Assembly: GCA_963668675.2 (NCBI GenBank) | Contig: CAXXMB010000002.1 | Span: forward strand, 512,001 to 576,000 | Direction: 5' to 3' | Source: an uncultured Desulfatitalea sp. | GTDB lineage: Bacteria > Desulfobacterota > Desulfobacteria > Desulfobacterales > Desulfosarcinaceae | DNA length: 64,000 nucleotides | Made by a program: the position numbers and the translations under genes | Part shown: positions 9,976-19,999 of the stretch, one piece after another | Layout of the letters: each line of letters begins with the position of its first letter | How positions within the stretch are numbered: position 1 is the first letter of the stretch | The notes under the pieces: generated by a model | Told to the model about the DNA's origin: nothing | The model's input: only the letters and a program-made list of their open reading frames with translations | Database searches by the model: none

Positions 9976-12669
9976 ATGAGCGTGCGCAATCTCGATTTGC
10001 TTTTCAACCCATCCTCTGTAGCCCTCATCGGGGCCAGCACCAAACCGCAGACCGTCGGCGCCGTTGCTACGCGCAATATCTTCACCGCCGGTTTCCAGGG
10101 AGATATCTACCTCGTCAACCCCCGACGCTCGCAGATCGACGGCCATCCGTGCTTTGCGGACGTCGCCAGCCTTCCGAAAGCGCCGGATCTGGCGGTGATT
10201 GCCACGCCACCGGAATCGGTTCCGCAAGTCATCGCCGAATTGGGCGCTTTGGGGACCCGGGCGGCAGTGGTGATCACTGCCGGTTTCGGCGAGGGGGACA
10301 CCGCCCAGGGTCGAGCGCTTTGCAATGCAATGCTGGAAGCGGCGCACCCTCATCTGCTGCGCATCGTCGGCCCGAACTGCTTCGGCTTGATGCTGCCACG
10401 GATCGATCTCAACGCCAGTTTCATCCACATCCACCCCCTGCCAGGACGGCTGGCGTTCGTGGCCCAATCCGGCGCCCTGCTCTCCACAGTGGTGGATTGG
10501 GCCACCCACCGCCGCATCGGCTTTTCGCACCTGGTCTCCCTGGGCGACATGGCTGACGTCGACTTCGGGGACATGCTCGATTACCTTGGTGCAGACGTCC
10601 ATACGCGGGCGATCCTGCTCTATGTCGAATCGATCACCCATGCACGCAAGTTCATGTCGGCGGCCCGTGCGGCGGCCCGCGTCAAACCGGTGATCGTGGT
10701 CAAGGCCGGCCGGTATGGAGAGAGTGCTGCGGCGGCCTCCTCCCACACCGGCGCCATGGCCGGCAGCGACGCCGTCTACGAAGCCGCTTTCAAACGGGCG
10801 GGCATCCTGCGCGTCAACGATTTGGAAGCGCTGTTCGATGCCGTTACCACCCTGGGACAGATGCAGCCGGTCGCCGGTGACCGGCTGGCCGTGCTGACCA
10901 ATGGCGGCGGCCTCGGCGTCATGGCCACCGACACCCTGATATACAAGAAGGGAAACCTGGCCCGGTTGGCGGATGATACCATCGTGCGCCTGAACGAGGT
11001 ATTGCCATCCACCTGGTCCCACGGAAATCCTGTGGATATTATTGGCGATGCCACGGCCCAACGATATGTTGCCGCTCTGGAAGCAATCATGGAGGACCCC
11101 GGCGTGGACGCCGTTCTGGTGATGAACTGCCCGACGGCCCTCAGTGCCGGCACCGAGGCCGTTCAGGCGATTCTCGATGCGATCAAACAGCGATCGGCCC
11201 ATGCCCGCCGCTGCGGTCTGCTCGCCTGTTGGCTCGGGGAGGGACAGGGCGAGGCAGCCCGGCAGATGTTCAACGAGCAGGGCATTCCCAGCTATGAAAC
11301 CCCCACCAAAGCCGTGCGGGGATTCATGCAGATGGTGCGCTACCGCCACAGCCAGACCATGCTCATGGAGGTGCCGCCTGATATCCCCGAAGCATTTTCG
11401 CCGGACCGCCCGGCGGTGAGACAGATCATCGATGCTGTTCTGGCCCAGGACCGCAGCTGGCTGTTGGAGACCGAGGCCAAGGCGGTGCTGGCCGCCTATG
11501 GCATCGATGTCGTGCCCACGGTGGCCGCCGCATCCCCCGAGGCAGCCGCCAGCGCCGCCTCCAAAATGGCTGGACCGTATGTACTGAAGGTGCTCTCCAA
11601 GGAGATCGTGCACAAATCAGATGCCGGAGGGGTGGCCCTCAATCTGGAGACCCCCGGCGCTGTGCGCGAACGGGCAGCCTGGATGCTCGAACACTTCGGA
11701 CACACCGACGCGCATTCGGGTACCATTCAATTCAGCGTCCAACCGATGATTGCACGAGAGCACTCATTCGAGCTGATCGTGGGAATGCATGTCGATTCCC
11801 AATTCGGGCCGGTTCTTCTTTTCGGCCATGGCGGTACGGCCACGGAGATCATTCTCGATCGCGCCCTGGCCCTTCCGCCGCTGAACATGAACCTGGCGAG
11901 AGAGATGATCTCCGGCACACGCATTTCGCGCTTGCTGGACGGCTACCGAGGGGTGCCGGGGGCCGACAAAGAAGAGATTGCCGCCACCTTGCTCAAAGTA
12001 TCCCAACTGGTGTGCGATTTTGCCGAGATCGTTGAGCTGGACATCAATCCGCTGCTGGGAGATCCGCTGGGAGCCGTCGCCCTGGATGCGCGCCTGCGGG
12101 TCGAGCCGGCCACCGAACAGGCCGGAAAGCGCCTGGCGATCTGTCCCTATCCGAAGGAACTGGAGCAGACGATTCGGCTGCCCGATGGGGAAACCTTGCT
12201 GTTGCGCCCCCTTCGTCCCGAAGATGAACCAGCGTTTCAACGGCTTTTCGCCACGCTCTCTCCCGAAGCGATTCGCCTGCGCTTTCTGCATCCCATGAAA
12301 ATGCTGACCAAAACCATGGCCGCCCGTCTGACCCAGATCGACTACGACCGCGAGATGGCACTGGTGCTGACCGAGGGCGATGGCCGGAGAAACGGCGACC
12401 TGTTTGGCGGCGTCCGGATCTGCGCCGATCCGAACAACGAAAGCGCCGAGTTTGCGATTCTGCTGGGCAGTGACAAAACCGGACTCGGTTTGGGCCCCAT
12501 GTTGATGCGGCGTATTATCGACTATGCCCGCAGCCGCGGCATCGGGCGGCTCTTCGGAGAGGTGCTCTATGAGAATCGCTCCATGCTGGCCCTTTGCAAA
12601 GCCTTTGGATTCAATCGGCGCAGCGTGCCGGATGATCCCGGGGTGGTGGAAGTTTCGCTGCAACTTTGA
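9976..12669 (+). CDS. Pat/YfiQ-type protein lysine acetyltransferase (NDP-forming acyl-CoA synthetase-like domains + C-terminal GNAT)
   Basis: PSSVALIGAS, GPNCFG, SQSG-like AQSG, SHTGAMAG, NPVDIIGDA, ELDINPL, then GNAT region IDYDREMALV...GLGLG. Confidence 0.9.
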   Translation: MSVRNLDLLFNPSSVALIGASTKPQTVGAVATRNIFTAGFQGDIYLVNPRRSQIDGHPCFADVASLPKAPDLAVIATPPESVPQVIAELGALGTRAAVVITAGFGEGDTAQGRALCNAMLEAAHPHLLRIVGPNCFGLMLPRIDLNASFIHIHPLPGRLAFVAQSGALLSTVVDWATHRRIGFSHLVSLGDMADVDFGDMLDYLGADVHTRAILLYVESITHARKFMSAARAAARVKPVIVVKAGRYGESAAAASSHTGAMAGSDAVYEAAFKRAGILRVNDLEALFDAVTTLGQMQPVAGDRLAVLTNGGGLGVMATDTLIYKKGNLARLADDTIVRLNEVLPSTWSHGNPVDIIGDATAQRYVAALEAIMEDPGVDAVLVMNCPTALSAGTEAVQAILDAIKQRSAHARRCGLLACWLGEGQGEAARQMFNEQGIPSYETPTKAVRGFMQMVRYRHSQTMLMEVPPDIPEAFSPDRPAVRQIIDAVLAQDRSWLLETEAKAVLAAYGIDVVPTVAAASPEAAASAASKMAGPYVLKVLSKEIVHKSDAGGVALNLETPGAVRERAAWMLEHFGHTDAHSGTIQFSVQPMIAREHSFELIVGMHVDSQFGPVLLFGHGGTATEIILDRALALPPLNMNLAREMISGTRISRLLDGYRGVPGADKEEIAATLLKVSQLVCDFAEIVELDINPLLGDPLGAVALDARLRVEPATEQAGKRLAICPYPKELEQTIRLPDGETLLLRPLRPEDEPAFQRLFATLSPEAIRLRFLHPMKMLTKTMAARLTQIDYDREMALVLTEGDGRRNGDLFGGVRICADPNNESAEFAILLGSDKTGLGLGPMLMRRIIDYARSRGIGRLFGEVLYENRSMLALCKAFGFNRRSVPDDPGVVEVSLQL

Positions 12670-12695
12670 TGTCCCGTTTTTGGAAAGGAACGACC

Positions 12696-12941
12696 ATGCG
12701 AAAAGAAGAGATTGACCGGATCGTATTGGACCTGCTTGGCCAGGTCGCCCCTGAAGCGCCTCTGGAGCAGCTGAATGCCCAATCACCGTTTCGGGATCAA
12801 TTTCAATTCGACTCTGTGGATTTTCTGAAGTTCATTCTCGGGCTGGAGGAGAAGATCGGTGTAAAAATCCCGGAGCTCGACTATCCAGCGCTTGCCAGTC
12901 TGGATGGCTGCCGCGCTTATCTCGTGCCTGTCCAGGAATGA
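12696..12941 (+). CDS. Acyl carrier protein
   Basis: 81 aa, acidic; FDSVDF phosphopantetheine serine motif and IPELDY; AAGGA RBS. Confidence 0.85.
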   Translation: MRKEEIDRIVLDLLGQVAPEAPLEQLNAQSPFRDQFQFDSVDFLKFILGLEEKIGVKIPELDYPALASLDGCRAYLVPVQE

Positions 12942-13006
12942 GTCGTTCGGCCCATATTGGTGTTGTGGGAAAAAAGCGCCCCTTCCCCCCCCCGGTGACC
13001 TGTTTT

Positions 13007-14431
13007 TCAGCGCTGCAGGCGCCCCCGTAACATAGAAAAAAGGATCCCAACCGAGCACAGAACAACAGAGAGCGTAAAAACCACCCGTGCGCTGCTCAGA
13101 AAGCGGTCATAACTGTCCGGTCCAATCGCGCGATGGCCGATCAGCATCGACAACACGACGGTGGCAATGGCCATGCTGACCATTTGCCCCAGCAGCCGCA
13201 TGGTGGCTACAGCACCGGAAGCAATGCCATAGTCTTTCCGGGCCACGGCTCCCATAATGGCGCTCATGTTGGGCGAAGAGAAGAGCGCAAAGCCGAAACC
13301 CAACAGCACCAGGTTGGCGACGATACCGTTGATGGTGGTCTCACTGTGCAGTTGTGTGAAGAGGGCCATTCCCAGGGCCGTGGTGGTCATGCCGGCCGTC
13401 GCCAACAGGCGAGGTTCCACTCGGTCGGAGAGACGGCCGACCAGCGGAGAGAAGATCGCCATGATCACCGGCTGGGCCATAAGGATCATACCGGCGGCCT
13501 GGGGCGTCATGCCCTTGATGTACTGCAGGTAGAGGCTCATCATGAAGGTGACGGCAAAGGTGGCCGAGTAGTTGAGCAGAGCGGCCAGACTCGAGAAGGT
13601 AAAGGTTCGGTTTTCCATAAAAAGCGACACTTCGAAAACCGGATACGGGGAGCGGCGCTGGAGCAGAAAGAAGAGCACCAATCCCAATACTCCGGCCGGA
13701 ATCAGCACGCATCCGGCCATGGAAGGCAGCACGGTGGCGCCGTATACCAGGGAGAGCATAGCTGCGGCGTAGATCAGGCATCCGACCAGGTCGAACCGCC
13801 TGCTACGGGCGTCGGCCCACTCGCCCTTGAGAAAAGCACGGGTGACAAGGACGGAGCCAACGCCAAATGGAAACATTACCGCAAAGATAGTGCGCCAACT
13901 GAACTGCTGGGTCAAAAAACCGCCGATAAACGGCCCCACCGAGAGCCCGACGTATACGGCCGCCACATAGATGCCGATGGCCCGACCGCGTTTATGCGGC
14001 GGGAAAATCGATGTGAGGATGGCCATGCCTGTGGTCACGAACATGGCCGCGCCCAGGCCTTGAATCACTCGCAAAAAAAGAAACCAGGCGGTGGTGTCGA
14101 CAAAGGCGGCCGAAGTCGAACCAAGGGTGTAGACGATGAGGCCAATGCTGAACACCTTTTTGCGGCCATGGATATCGGCGAGCTTGCCTGCCGGGATCAA
14201 GGCGACGGACATGGCCAACAGGTAGGACGTGGCCACCCAGCCCAATTGCACAGCGTTCATCTGCAGGTCGTTTTGAATGGCCGGCAGGGCCACATTGACG
14301 GAGGAGATCATGAAGGGCCCCATAAAGGATGTCAATGTGGCCACGAAGAGGGCGTACCGTTCGACCGCCGCCTGTTTTTGCGGCGGGGGATCATTGGCGC
14401 TGGGTTGCTTGGGATCAGGATTCAATGACAT
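13007..14431 (-). CDS. MFS transporter (DHA2/EmrB-like, about 14 TM)
   Basis: SSVNVALPAI, GKLADIHGRKK, RVIQGLG, GPFIGG motifs. Confidence 0.9.
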   Translation of the reverse strand: MSLNPDPKQPSANDPPPQKQAAVERYALFVATLTSFMGPFMISSVNVALPAIQNDLQMNAVQLGWVATSYLLAMSVALIPAGKLADIHGRKKVFSIGLIVYTLGSTSAAFVDTTAWFLFLRVIQGLGAAMFVTTGMAILTSIFPPHKRGRAIGIYVAAVYVGLSVGPFIGGFLTQQFSWRTIFAVMFPFGVGSVLVTRAFLKGEWADARSRRFDLVGCLIYAAAMLSLVYGATVLPSMAGCVLIPAGVLGLVLFFLLQRRSPYPVFEVSLFMENRTFTFSSLAALLNYSATFAVTFMMSLYLQYIKGMTPQAAGMILMAQPVIMAIFSPLVGRLSDRVEPRLLATAGMTTTALGMALFTQLHSETTINGIVANLVLLGFGFALFSSPNMSAIMGAVARKDYGIASGAVATMRLLGQMVSMAIATVVLSMLIGHRAIGPDSYDRFLSSARVVFTLSVVLCSVGILFSMLRGRLQR

Positions 14432-14536
14432 CCTGTCTCTCTTTGGATAGTGTGTGGAGCAGAAAAGGCCAACCGTCTGCAGATGCGTTCGGCCTTTTTC
14501 ACAACATCACCGATAGTTATTAAACGAGATATTGCA

Positions 14537-15295
14537 CTAGGCCAGGTTCCCCCCGTCACAGACGATGGTGGTCCCGGTGGTATACGATGAGGCGTCGGAA
14601 ACCAGGTAGAGGACGGCGCCGGCCATCTCGTCCGGGGTGGCGTGGCGCTGCAGGGGAATACTCTGGAGGGCATAGTCGTAGATCTCCTTGTTGGAGATCA
14701 ATGCATCGGCGAATTTGGTCTGGGTGAGACCGGGCAGCAGGGCGTTTACCCGGATCTTGCGCGCGGCGAGCTCTTTGGCGTAGGCCTTGGTCATGGAGAT
14801 CATGGCGGCCTTGGTCATGGAGTAGATGCCCTGCATGGGCGCCGGGCGAACGCCGTTGATCGAGGCGACGTTGACGATGGCGCCGCCGCCGCTTTCGGTC
14901 ATCAAGGCGGCCGCCTTTTGAATCATGAAGTAGGGCCCCTTGACGTTGACATCGAAGGTCTTGTCGAAGGCGCCTTCGTCCGCACCGATCATCTCCCCGA
15001 AATAGGGGTTTGTGGCGGCGTTGTTGACCAGGATGTGCAGCTTGCCGTGCTGGGATTTGATCTCTTCGAAGAGATGGTCGATCTTATCCAGTTGGCCCAT
15101 GTGGCAGGCGATGGATTGGGCCTTGCCGCCCGCTTTTGTAATCTTCTCTTCGACCTGACGAAGCCCGTCGATCTTACGACTGGCCAGTATGCAGTGGGCG
15201 CCGTACGCCGCCAGTGTTTCGGCGATCGCCTCACCAATTCCCCTGCTGGCACCGGTAATGAGGGCAATCTTACCATCCAGTTTGAAGTCAACCAT
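14537..15295 (-). CDS. Short-chain dehydrogenase/reductase
   Basis: TGASRGIG, NNAA, YSMTK catalytic motif; AGGAG RBS before ATG 15295. Confidence 0.92.
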   Translation of the reverse strand: MVDFKLDGKIALITGASRGIGEAIAETLAAYGAHCILASRKIDGLRQVEEKITKAGGKAQSIACHMGQLDKIDHLFEEIKSQHGKLHILVNNAATNPYFGEMIGADEGAFDKTFDVNVKGPYFMIQKAAALMTESGGGAIVNVASINGVRPAPMQGIYSMTKAAMISMTKAYAKELAARKIRVNALLPGLTQTKFADALISNKEIYDYALQSIPLQRHATPDEMAGAVLYLVSDASSYTTGTTIVCDGGNLA

Positions 15296-15422
15296 GTCTC
15301 TCCTCCTGATCAATGCGGTTAAAAACAGGCACCCGTTGCTGGTGGGTGCTGATGATGACCCACGAAAAGCGGTGATGTGATCCCTGGATCACTAACCGAC
15401 AGGAGGCTCTTTGTCAATATAG

Positions 15423-15436
15423 AACGAACGTTCGTT
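15423..15436. promoter_or_regulatory. Perfect 14-bp palindrome, probable transcription factor operator for the SDR gene
   Basis: AACGAACGTTCGTT lies just upstream of a minus-strand TTGACA (15412-15417). Confidence 0.55.
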
Positions 15437-15491
15437 TTTTGGAATGGTTTCTAATCCTGTTCGGACAGGCGGCCGTGCCGACTACCGTCGG

Positions 15492-16511
15492 TTACCTTAC
15501 TTTATCCGGCTGGCCGGAGGCGAACAGCTGGGCAAAACGGCCGTGGCCCTTTTCCTCCAGATGCTTTTTGGGGATAAAGGTCAAGGCCGCCGAGTTGATG
15601 CAGTATCGCAGTCCGGTCGGATGGGGGCCATCGTCAAACAGATGGCCCAGGTGCGAGTCTGCCTGCCTGCTCCTCACCTCTGTTCGCACCATGAACAGTC
15701 GATGATCCGAACGTTCCAAGATGTTCTCCGGCTCCAGGGGACGATAAAAACTCGGCCACCCTGTCCCGGAATCGAACTTGTGGGTCGAGCTGAACAGCGG
15801 CTCCCCCGATACGACGTCTACGTAGATCCCCTCCTCCTTGTGGTCCCAATAGGCGTTGTCGAAGGGGGGTTCGGTCGCCTCCTGCTGGGTCACCTGGTAC
15901 TGCAGGGGGGAAAGCTGCTGTCTCAGCACGTCATCGGAAGGTTTGTCGAAGCTCTGGGAGCCGCCGGACATCTGTTGCGACCATACCCTGTGGATAAAGC
16001 GATCCCGACCGGAGTGTTTCCGATAGAGCTGATAGCGCAGGGGGTTTTTCTTGTGGTACGCACGATGGTAGTCTTCGGCGGGATAGAAGCGTTTGAAGGG
16101 AAGCACTTCGGTCACAACAGGCCTCTGGAACCGTCCCGAGTCCTGAAGGGCCTGTTTCGATCGCAGCGCGGTCTTCCTTTGGGGCTCATCGTGGTAGAAG
16201 ATGGCCGAGCGATACTGGGCGCCACGGTCCACAAACTGCCCGCCGGGGTCGGTGGGGTCCATATGGCGCCAGAAAATATCCAATAGCTGTTCGTAGCTGA
16301 TCCGCTTTTCGTCAAAATGAATCTGGACGGCCTCCATGTGGCCTGTCCTGCCGGAACACACCTCTTCATATGTCGGATTCTCTTCATGGCCGCCCGTATA
16401 TCCAGGAATCACCTCAACAATTCCCTCGTAGGGTTCAAAATCCGATTCCGTACACCAGAAACAGCCTCCGGCAAAAGTTGCGGTGGCAAGGGGTTGATCG
16501 TTTGTATGCAT
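15492..16511 (-). CDS. msrAB: Bifunctional peptide-methionine sulfoxide reductase MsrA/MsrB
   Basis: GGCFWC (MsrA); GTGWPSF, HLGHLF and RYCINS (MsrB). Confidence 0.95.
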   Translation of the reverse strand: MHTNDQPLATATFAGGCFWCTESDFEPYEGIVEVIPGYTGGHEENPTYEEVCSGRTGHMEAVQIHFDEKRISYEQLLDIFWRHMDPTDPGGQFVDRGAQYRSAIFYHDEPQRKTALRSKQALQDSGRFQRPVVTEVLPFKRFYPAEDYHRAYHKKNPLRYQLYRKHSGRDRFIHRVWSQQMSGGSQSFDKPSDDVLRQQLSPLQYQVTQQEATEPPFDNAYWDHKEEGIYVDVVSGEPLFSSTHKFDSGTGWPSFYRPLEPENILERSDHRLFMVRTEVRSRQADSHLGHLFDDGPHPTGLRYCINSAALTFIPKKHLEEKGHGRFAQLFASGQPDKVR

Positions 16512-16766
16512 GGCATCACCATAGCCCCGTGTTGCAGGGGAATTTTTAATGGAAGTTTAAGGCAAAAAGTGAAGGAGATCCTTGGATTTCACCCTTCACG
16601 TTGCGCACCCGGTTGTGAGTGGGCATTAGCTGTAACCACCATTTGATTAATCATGAATCATCGAAAGTCAAAAGCCGACCACGCACCGCCCGAACCCGAT
16701 GAGACTCCTCAGGGGTGAGGAGCAAGGCGGTGTCAATGGACTATATTGTGGGCGATTCGGTTAACC

Positions 16767-18272
16767 CTACGGTGCCAGGGGCGGAATGGGAATCCGATAG
16801 CGCTGAGTGATCATATGATGGATCTGGGGAAGCTGTTGGGGATCGAGAAAGATCAGCTTGGGGTGCTGCATCAGTTCGACTTTGTGGAAACCGTCGACAG
16901 GGGCGGTGAGCGCCTTGCGCACATCGTCCAGTTTGCCGATGGGCTGATCGTTGACGTTGACGATCACCAGGTTGGAAAGGCGCTCATACCCAATGGTGAA
17001 GGGGGTGGAAATCACATCGGAGATGATGACGATCTTCTCTCGCTGGTCGCCATTCAAGTAGTCCTGATTCTGGTGATAGTAGAGCAGATGGATGGGGGCA
17101 TCGGCCGCCCAGTTGTTGCCATACTCCCTCAAATAGGGCACGGAGAGCTCCTGGATGACAAGACCACCAACGATGAGGTGTTCGGGTTGTTGATCGACGA
17201 TGTAAGGCGGCACCAGGTATTCATCTGCCCGGCGGTGGTCCAGAACGATGGTGAGGTCGATAAGCTTACCGTTGCGAAATACCTTTGCCGGCAAGGTATC
17301 ACCGACATGGTAAAGCGTCCGGATCAGATGGATGACCGATATTTTGCCATGGGGCGACAGCTCGAAAAGACCGGTGTTAGAGATTTCGAAATCACCCAGT
17401 TGGGAGATCACATCACCGGCCTCGAGCCCGGCACGGTCCGCAGGGCCACCCTTGATGACCTTCTGCACATAGATGCCGGTGATACGATCGGGAAGTCCGA
17501 TGTAGCGGCGCAGTTGGGGGTCCAGGGTCGGGCCGTAGCGAAATCCGGCACTGGGAAACCCCTGGTATTCACCGTTACCTGCGTCGGTGAGAAAATGGCG
17601 TATCACAGAGGTCGAAATCACCTCGATGGTCTGCCCGGCCTGCTGATGGCGCAGGACCAGGCCGACCAGTTTGTCGCCGCGAACCACCGGCAGGGTCACG
17701 TTGTTGAATCGGTATTGCAGGAGGCTGTTCAGGCGATAGGTCAGAAAAAAGTTGCTCTGGGTATAGATTCCCAGATCAACAGAGGTGACCCGGCCATCGC
17801 TGGGCACCACGTCTCCATTGGGTTTGACCTGCCATACGCTCAAGCGGTCCCCCACCGCTGCCCGATCTTCGAGTTGGAGCGCCCTGCGGCCGTCAAGGAA
17901 CGTTTCATCGAGCGGCGCCAGCAGCGCCAGGTTGGCCTCGTAATCGACCACAACCACCCGTGCAGGCTGCTTGACATGGGTGTCGAGGGTCTCCAGTTCA
18001 ATGTAACGGTGGTTGGCCACGAGCAAGCCATTGACCAGCACCATCCCGCCGGGGACGACGGCACCAATGGCGGTCTGTGTTACCGGGCGCCTCTGCTGCC
18101 AGGGACGGTGGAAGATATAGCTCTGACTGGTCACGGTGACCCGCATCAATGCCTGCTGGGCCATGGGGGGCGCCATACCGTTGCCGGATGTGTTGAGCAT
18201 GGCACTGCATCCGGCAAGAAGTAATAGCAGTGAGATAATGAGACAGGAGCAAACGCTTCTAAATGGTGACAT
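16767..18272 (-). CDS. HtrA/Deg-like trypsin-fold + PDZ lipoprotein, predicted catalytically inactive
   Basis: Lipobox LLAGC; colinear with the neighbouring protease but the triad positions read NGLLV, YEANL and FNNVTLP. Confidence 0.75.
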   Translation of the reverse strand: MSPFRSVCSCLIISLLLLLAGCSAMLNTSGNGMAPPMAQQALMRVTVTSQSYIFHRPWQQRRPVTQTAIGAVVPGGMVLVNGLLVANHRYIELETLDTHVKQPARVVVVDYEANLALLAPLDETFLDGRRALQLEDRAAVGDRLSVWQVKPNGDVVPSDGRVTSVDLGIYTQSNFFLTYRLNSLLQYRFNNVTLPVVRGDKLVGLVLRHQQAGQTIEVISTSVIRHFLTDAGNGEYQGFPSAGFRYGPTLDPQLRRYIGLPDRITGIYVQKVIKGGPADRAGLEAGDVISQLGDFEISNTGLFELSPHGKISVIHLIRTLYHVGDTLPAKVFRNGKLIDLTIVLDHRRADEYLVPPYIVDQQPEHLIVGGLVIQELSVPYLREYGNNWAADAPIHLLYYHQNQDYLNGDQREKIVIISDVISTPFTIGYERLSNLVIVNVNDQPIGKLDDVRKALTAPVDGFHKVELMQHPKLIFLDPQQLPQIHHMITQRYRIPIPPLAP

Positions 18273-18371
18273 ATCGGTTATACTCTTCGGGTCGTATTTA
18301 AGTCGTATCGGTCTTTAGGGTTACCGGCCATCGAATCCATATGTACGAAGGATCATATCTATTGCATTCCA

Positions 18372-19892
18372 TTACTCCCAGTCGGGTGGCACAATACTGC
18401 CGTCCAGATATGCCTCTTCGGAAATAGCGTATTGGCGAAGAATGCGTTGTCGGGCCGACTGGACCGCTTCGGCTTCGAGCACGAGGGGCTGGGGATCGCC
18501 CACCAGCCGGATGACATAGAATGCTTCCGGCTGGGCAAAGGCCGCTGCCAGTTCGTTCAATGTTCTGATCTTGACGTCGTTCACCTGGTCGACAATGGCA
18601 TAGACAAAGCCATCAAAGTAGCTGGTTGTCGGATCGGGCAGAACCTTGCTGATCACAACCACTTCGGGGTGTTCGAGGTAAAGTTCCTCCTCCAGGAACT
18701 GGGAGTAGTAGTAGCGCAGGGTGACGGGCTTGTTTTCCAGGGCGGCGTAAAAAGAACTGGAGAGCGGTTGGAAGACCAAACCGCCGAACACCACGAACCT
18801 GGGCCTCACATCGTATTGATTGGCCTGGATCAAATAGGGCCATGGGGCGCTCAGTTCGATGGTCTCGACCAGCTCCTTTCCCTTGCGCATCAGTTTCAGG
18901 TCGACGGTATCCCCTTTGTACTTTCGCTCGACAACTTCATTGAGCATCACCCGGTCGTTGTCCATGGCCACCCGGCCGTCGCTGGTGATGGTTCGATCAT
19001 CAATGGCCAGCAGCACATCACCGGTGAAGAGGTGCCCATAGGCGGCCCCCGCGCGCATCACCTCGCCGACCATCACGCCGTAGTCGCCTGGCCCCAATCC
19101 CAATGCCCGGCGGTGGGCGGCGTTGATCAGCGGAAAGTACTGAAACCCCACATCCACATAGAGGTCGTAGTGGCCGTCGCTCACATCCTGAAGAAACCGC
19201 TCGATGACCGGCGTGGGGATCATGTAGCCCACATTCTGAGCCACCATGCCGCTGAACCCCTGGAAGGCCACCCCGACCACACGATTGTCCTGGATCACCG
19301 GCCCGCCGCTGTTGCCCGGGTTAATGGCGGCATCGATCTGTACCACCAGATGGGCGTCCACTCCCGAATGGGCGTATCCCCTGTAGTCGATGCGCGACAC
19401 CACCCCCCGGGTGACGGAGAGTCGGTCTCCACCAATGGGATAGCCCAGCACGGTGACTGTTGAGTCCAGGGCCGGGACGATGCCGAGCTTCAGCGCCGTT
19501 GTGCCTTTAAAAAACGCCTCATCCACCACCTCTAACATGGCCAGGTCGCAATCGTGGGCGATGAACTTGACCTTGGCTTCATAGCGCCGGGCATCGCCCT
19601 CTTTTTCAAGACTGATGAAGCGGGCATTGCTGACCACGTGGGCGTTGGTGATGATGCGGCGTTTGGAGATGATAAAGCCGGTGCCCCAGCCCTCTCCCGA
19701 TCTTCCCGGATCCCAGGGGACCAGATAATCAGGGGTTTGGGCCACTGTGTAGATGCGCACCACACTCCTTCGAAGTGTTTCTATCCGGTCGCCAGCCAGC
19801 GCAAGAGATGACGCGGCACTCAACGAAACCAGCGACAGGGCGAGGAGCAGCGATGTTACATACCAAGCAGATCTATGAACAAGGTGTGACAT
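18372..19892 (-). CDS. HtrA/Deg-family serine protease with PDZ domains
   Basis: Signal peptide; TNAHVV, DCDLA, INPGNSGGP intact triad; GGLVF PDZ motif. Confidence 0.92.
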   Translation of the reverse strand: MSHLVHRSAWYVTSLLLALSLVSLSAASSLALAGDRIETLRRSVVRIYTVAQTPDYLVPWDPGRSGEGWGTGFIISKRRIITNAHVVSNARFISLEKEGDARRYEAKVKFIAHDCDLAMLEVVDEAFFKGTTALKLGIVPALDSTVTVLGYPIGGDRLSVTRGVVSRIDYRGYAHSGVDAHLVVQIDAAINPGNSGGPVIQDNRVVGVAFQGFSGMVAQNVGYMIPTPVIERFLQDVSDGHYDLYVDVGFQYFPLINAAHRRALGLGPGDYGVMVGEVMRAGAAYGHLFTGDVLLAIDDRTITSDGRVAMDNDRVMLNEVVERKYKGDTVDLKLMRKGKELVETIELSAPWPYLIQANQYDVRPRFVVFGGLVFQPLSSSFYAALENKPVTLRYYYSQFLEEELYLEHPEVVVISKVLPDPTTSYFDGFVYAIVDQVNDVKIRTLNELAAAFAQPEAFYVIRLVGDPQPLVLEAEAVQSARQRILRQYAISEEAYLDGSIVPPDWE

Positions 19893-19999
19893 AGGCGTTG
19901 AACCTTTTCTCTGTATTCGACACATGCCCCCCTACTGTATGCCAATTCCCATGGGTTCGCAATACGGGAAAGACAGGCAGTAAATCCAATAAGCGGAAG

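Noticed and set aside
16684..16732. Nested stem-loop CACCGCC...CTCCTCA-GGGG-TGAGGAG...GGCGGTG
   Set aside because: Single copy just after the protease pair; adequately explained as a 3'-end structure
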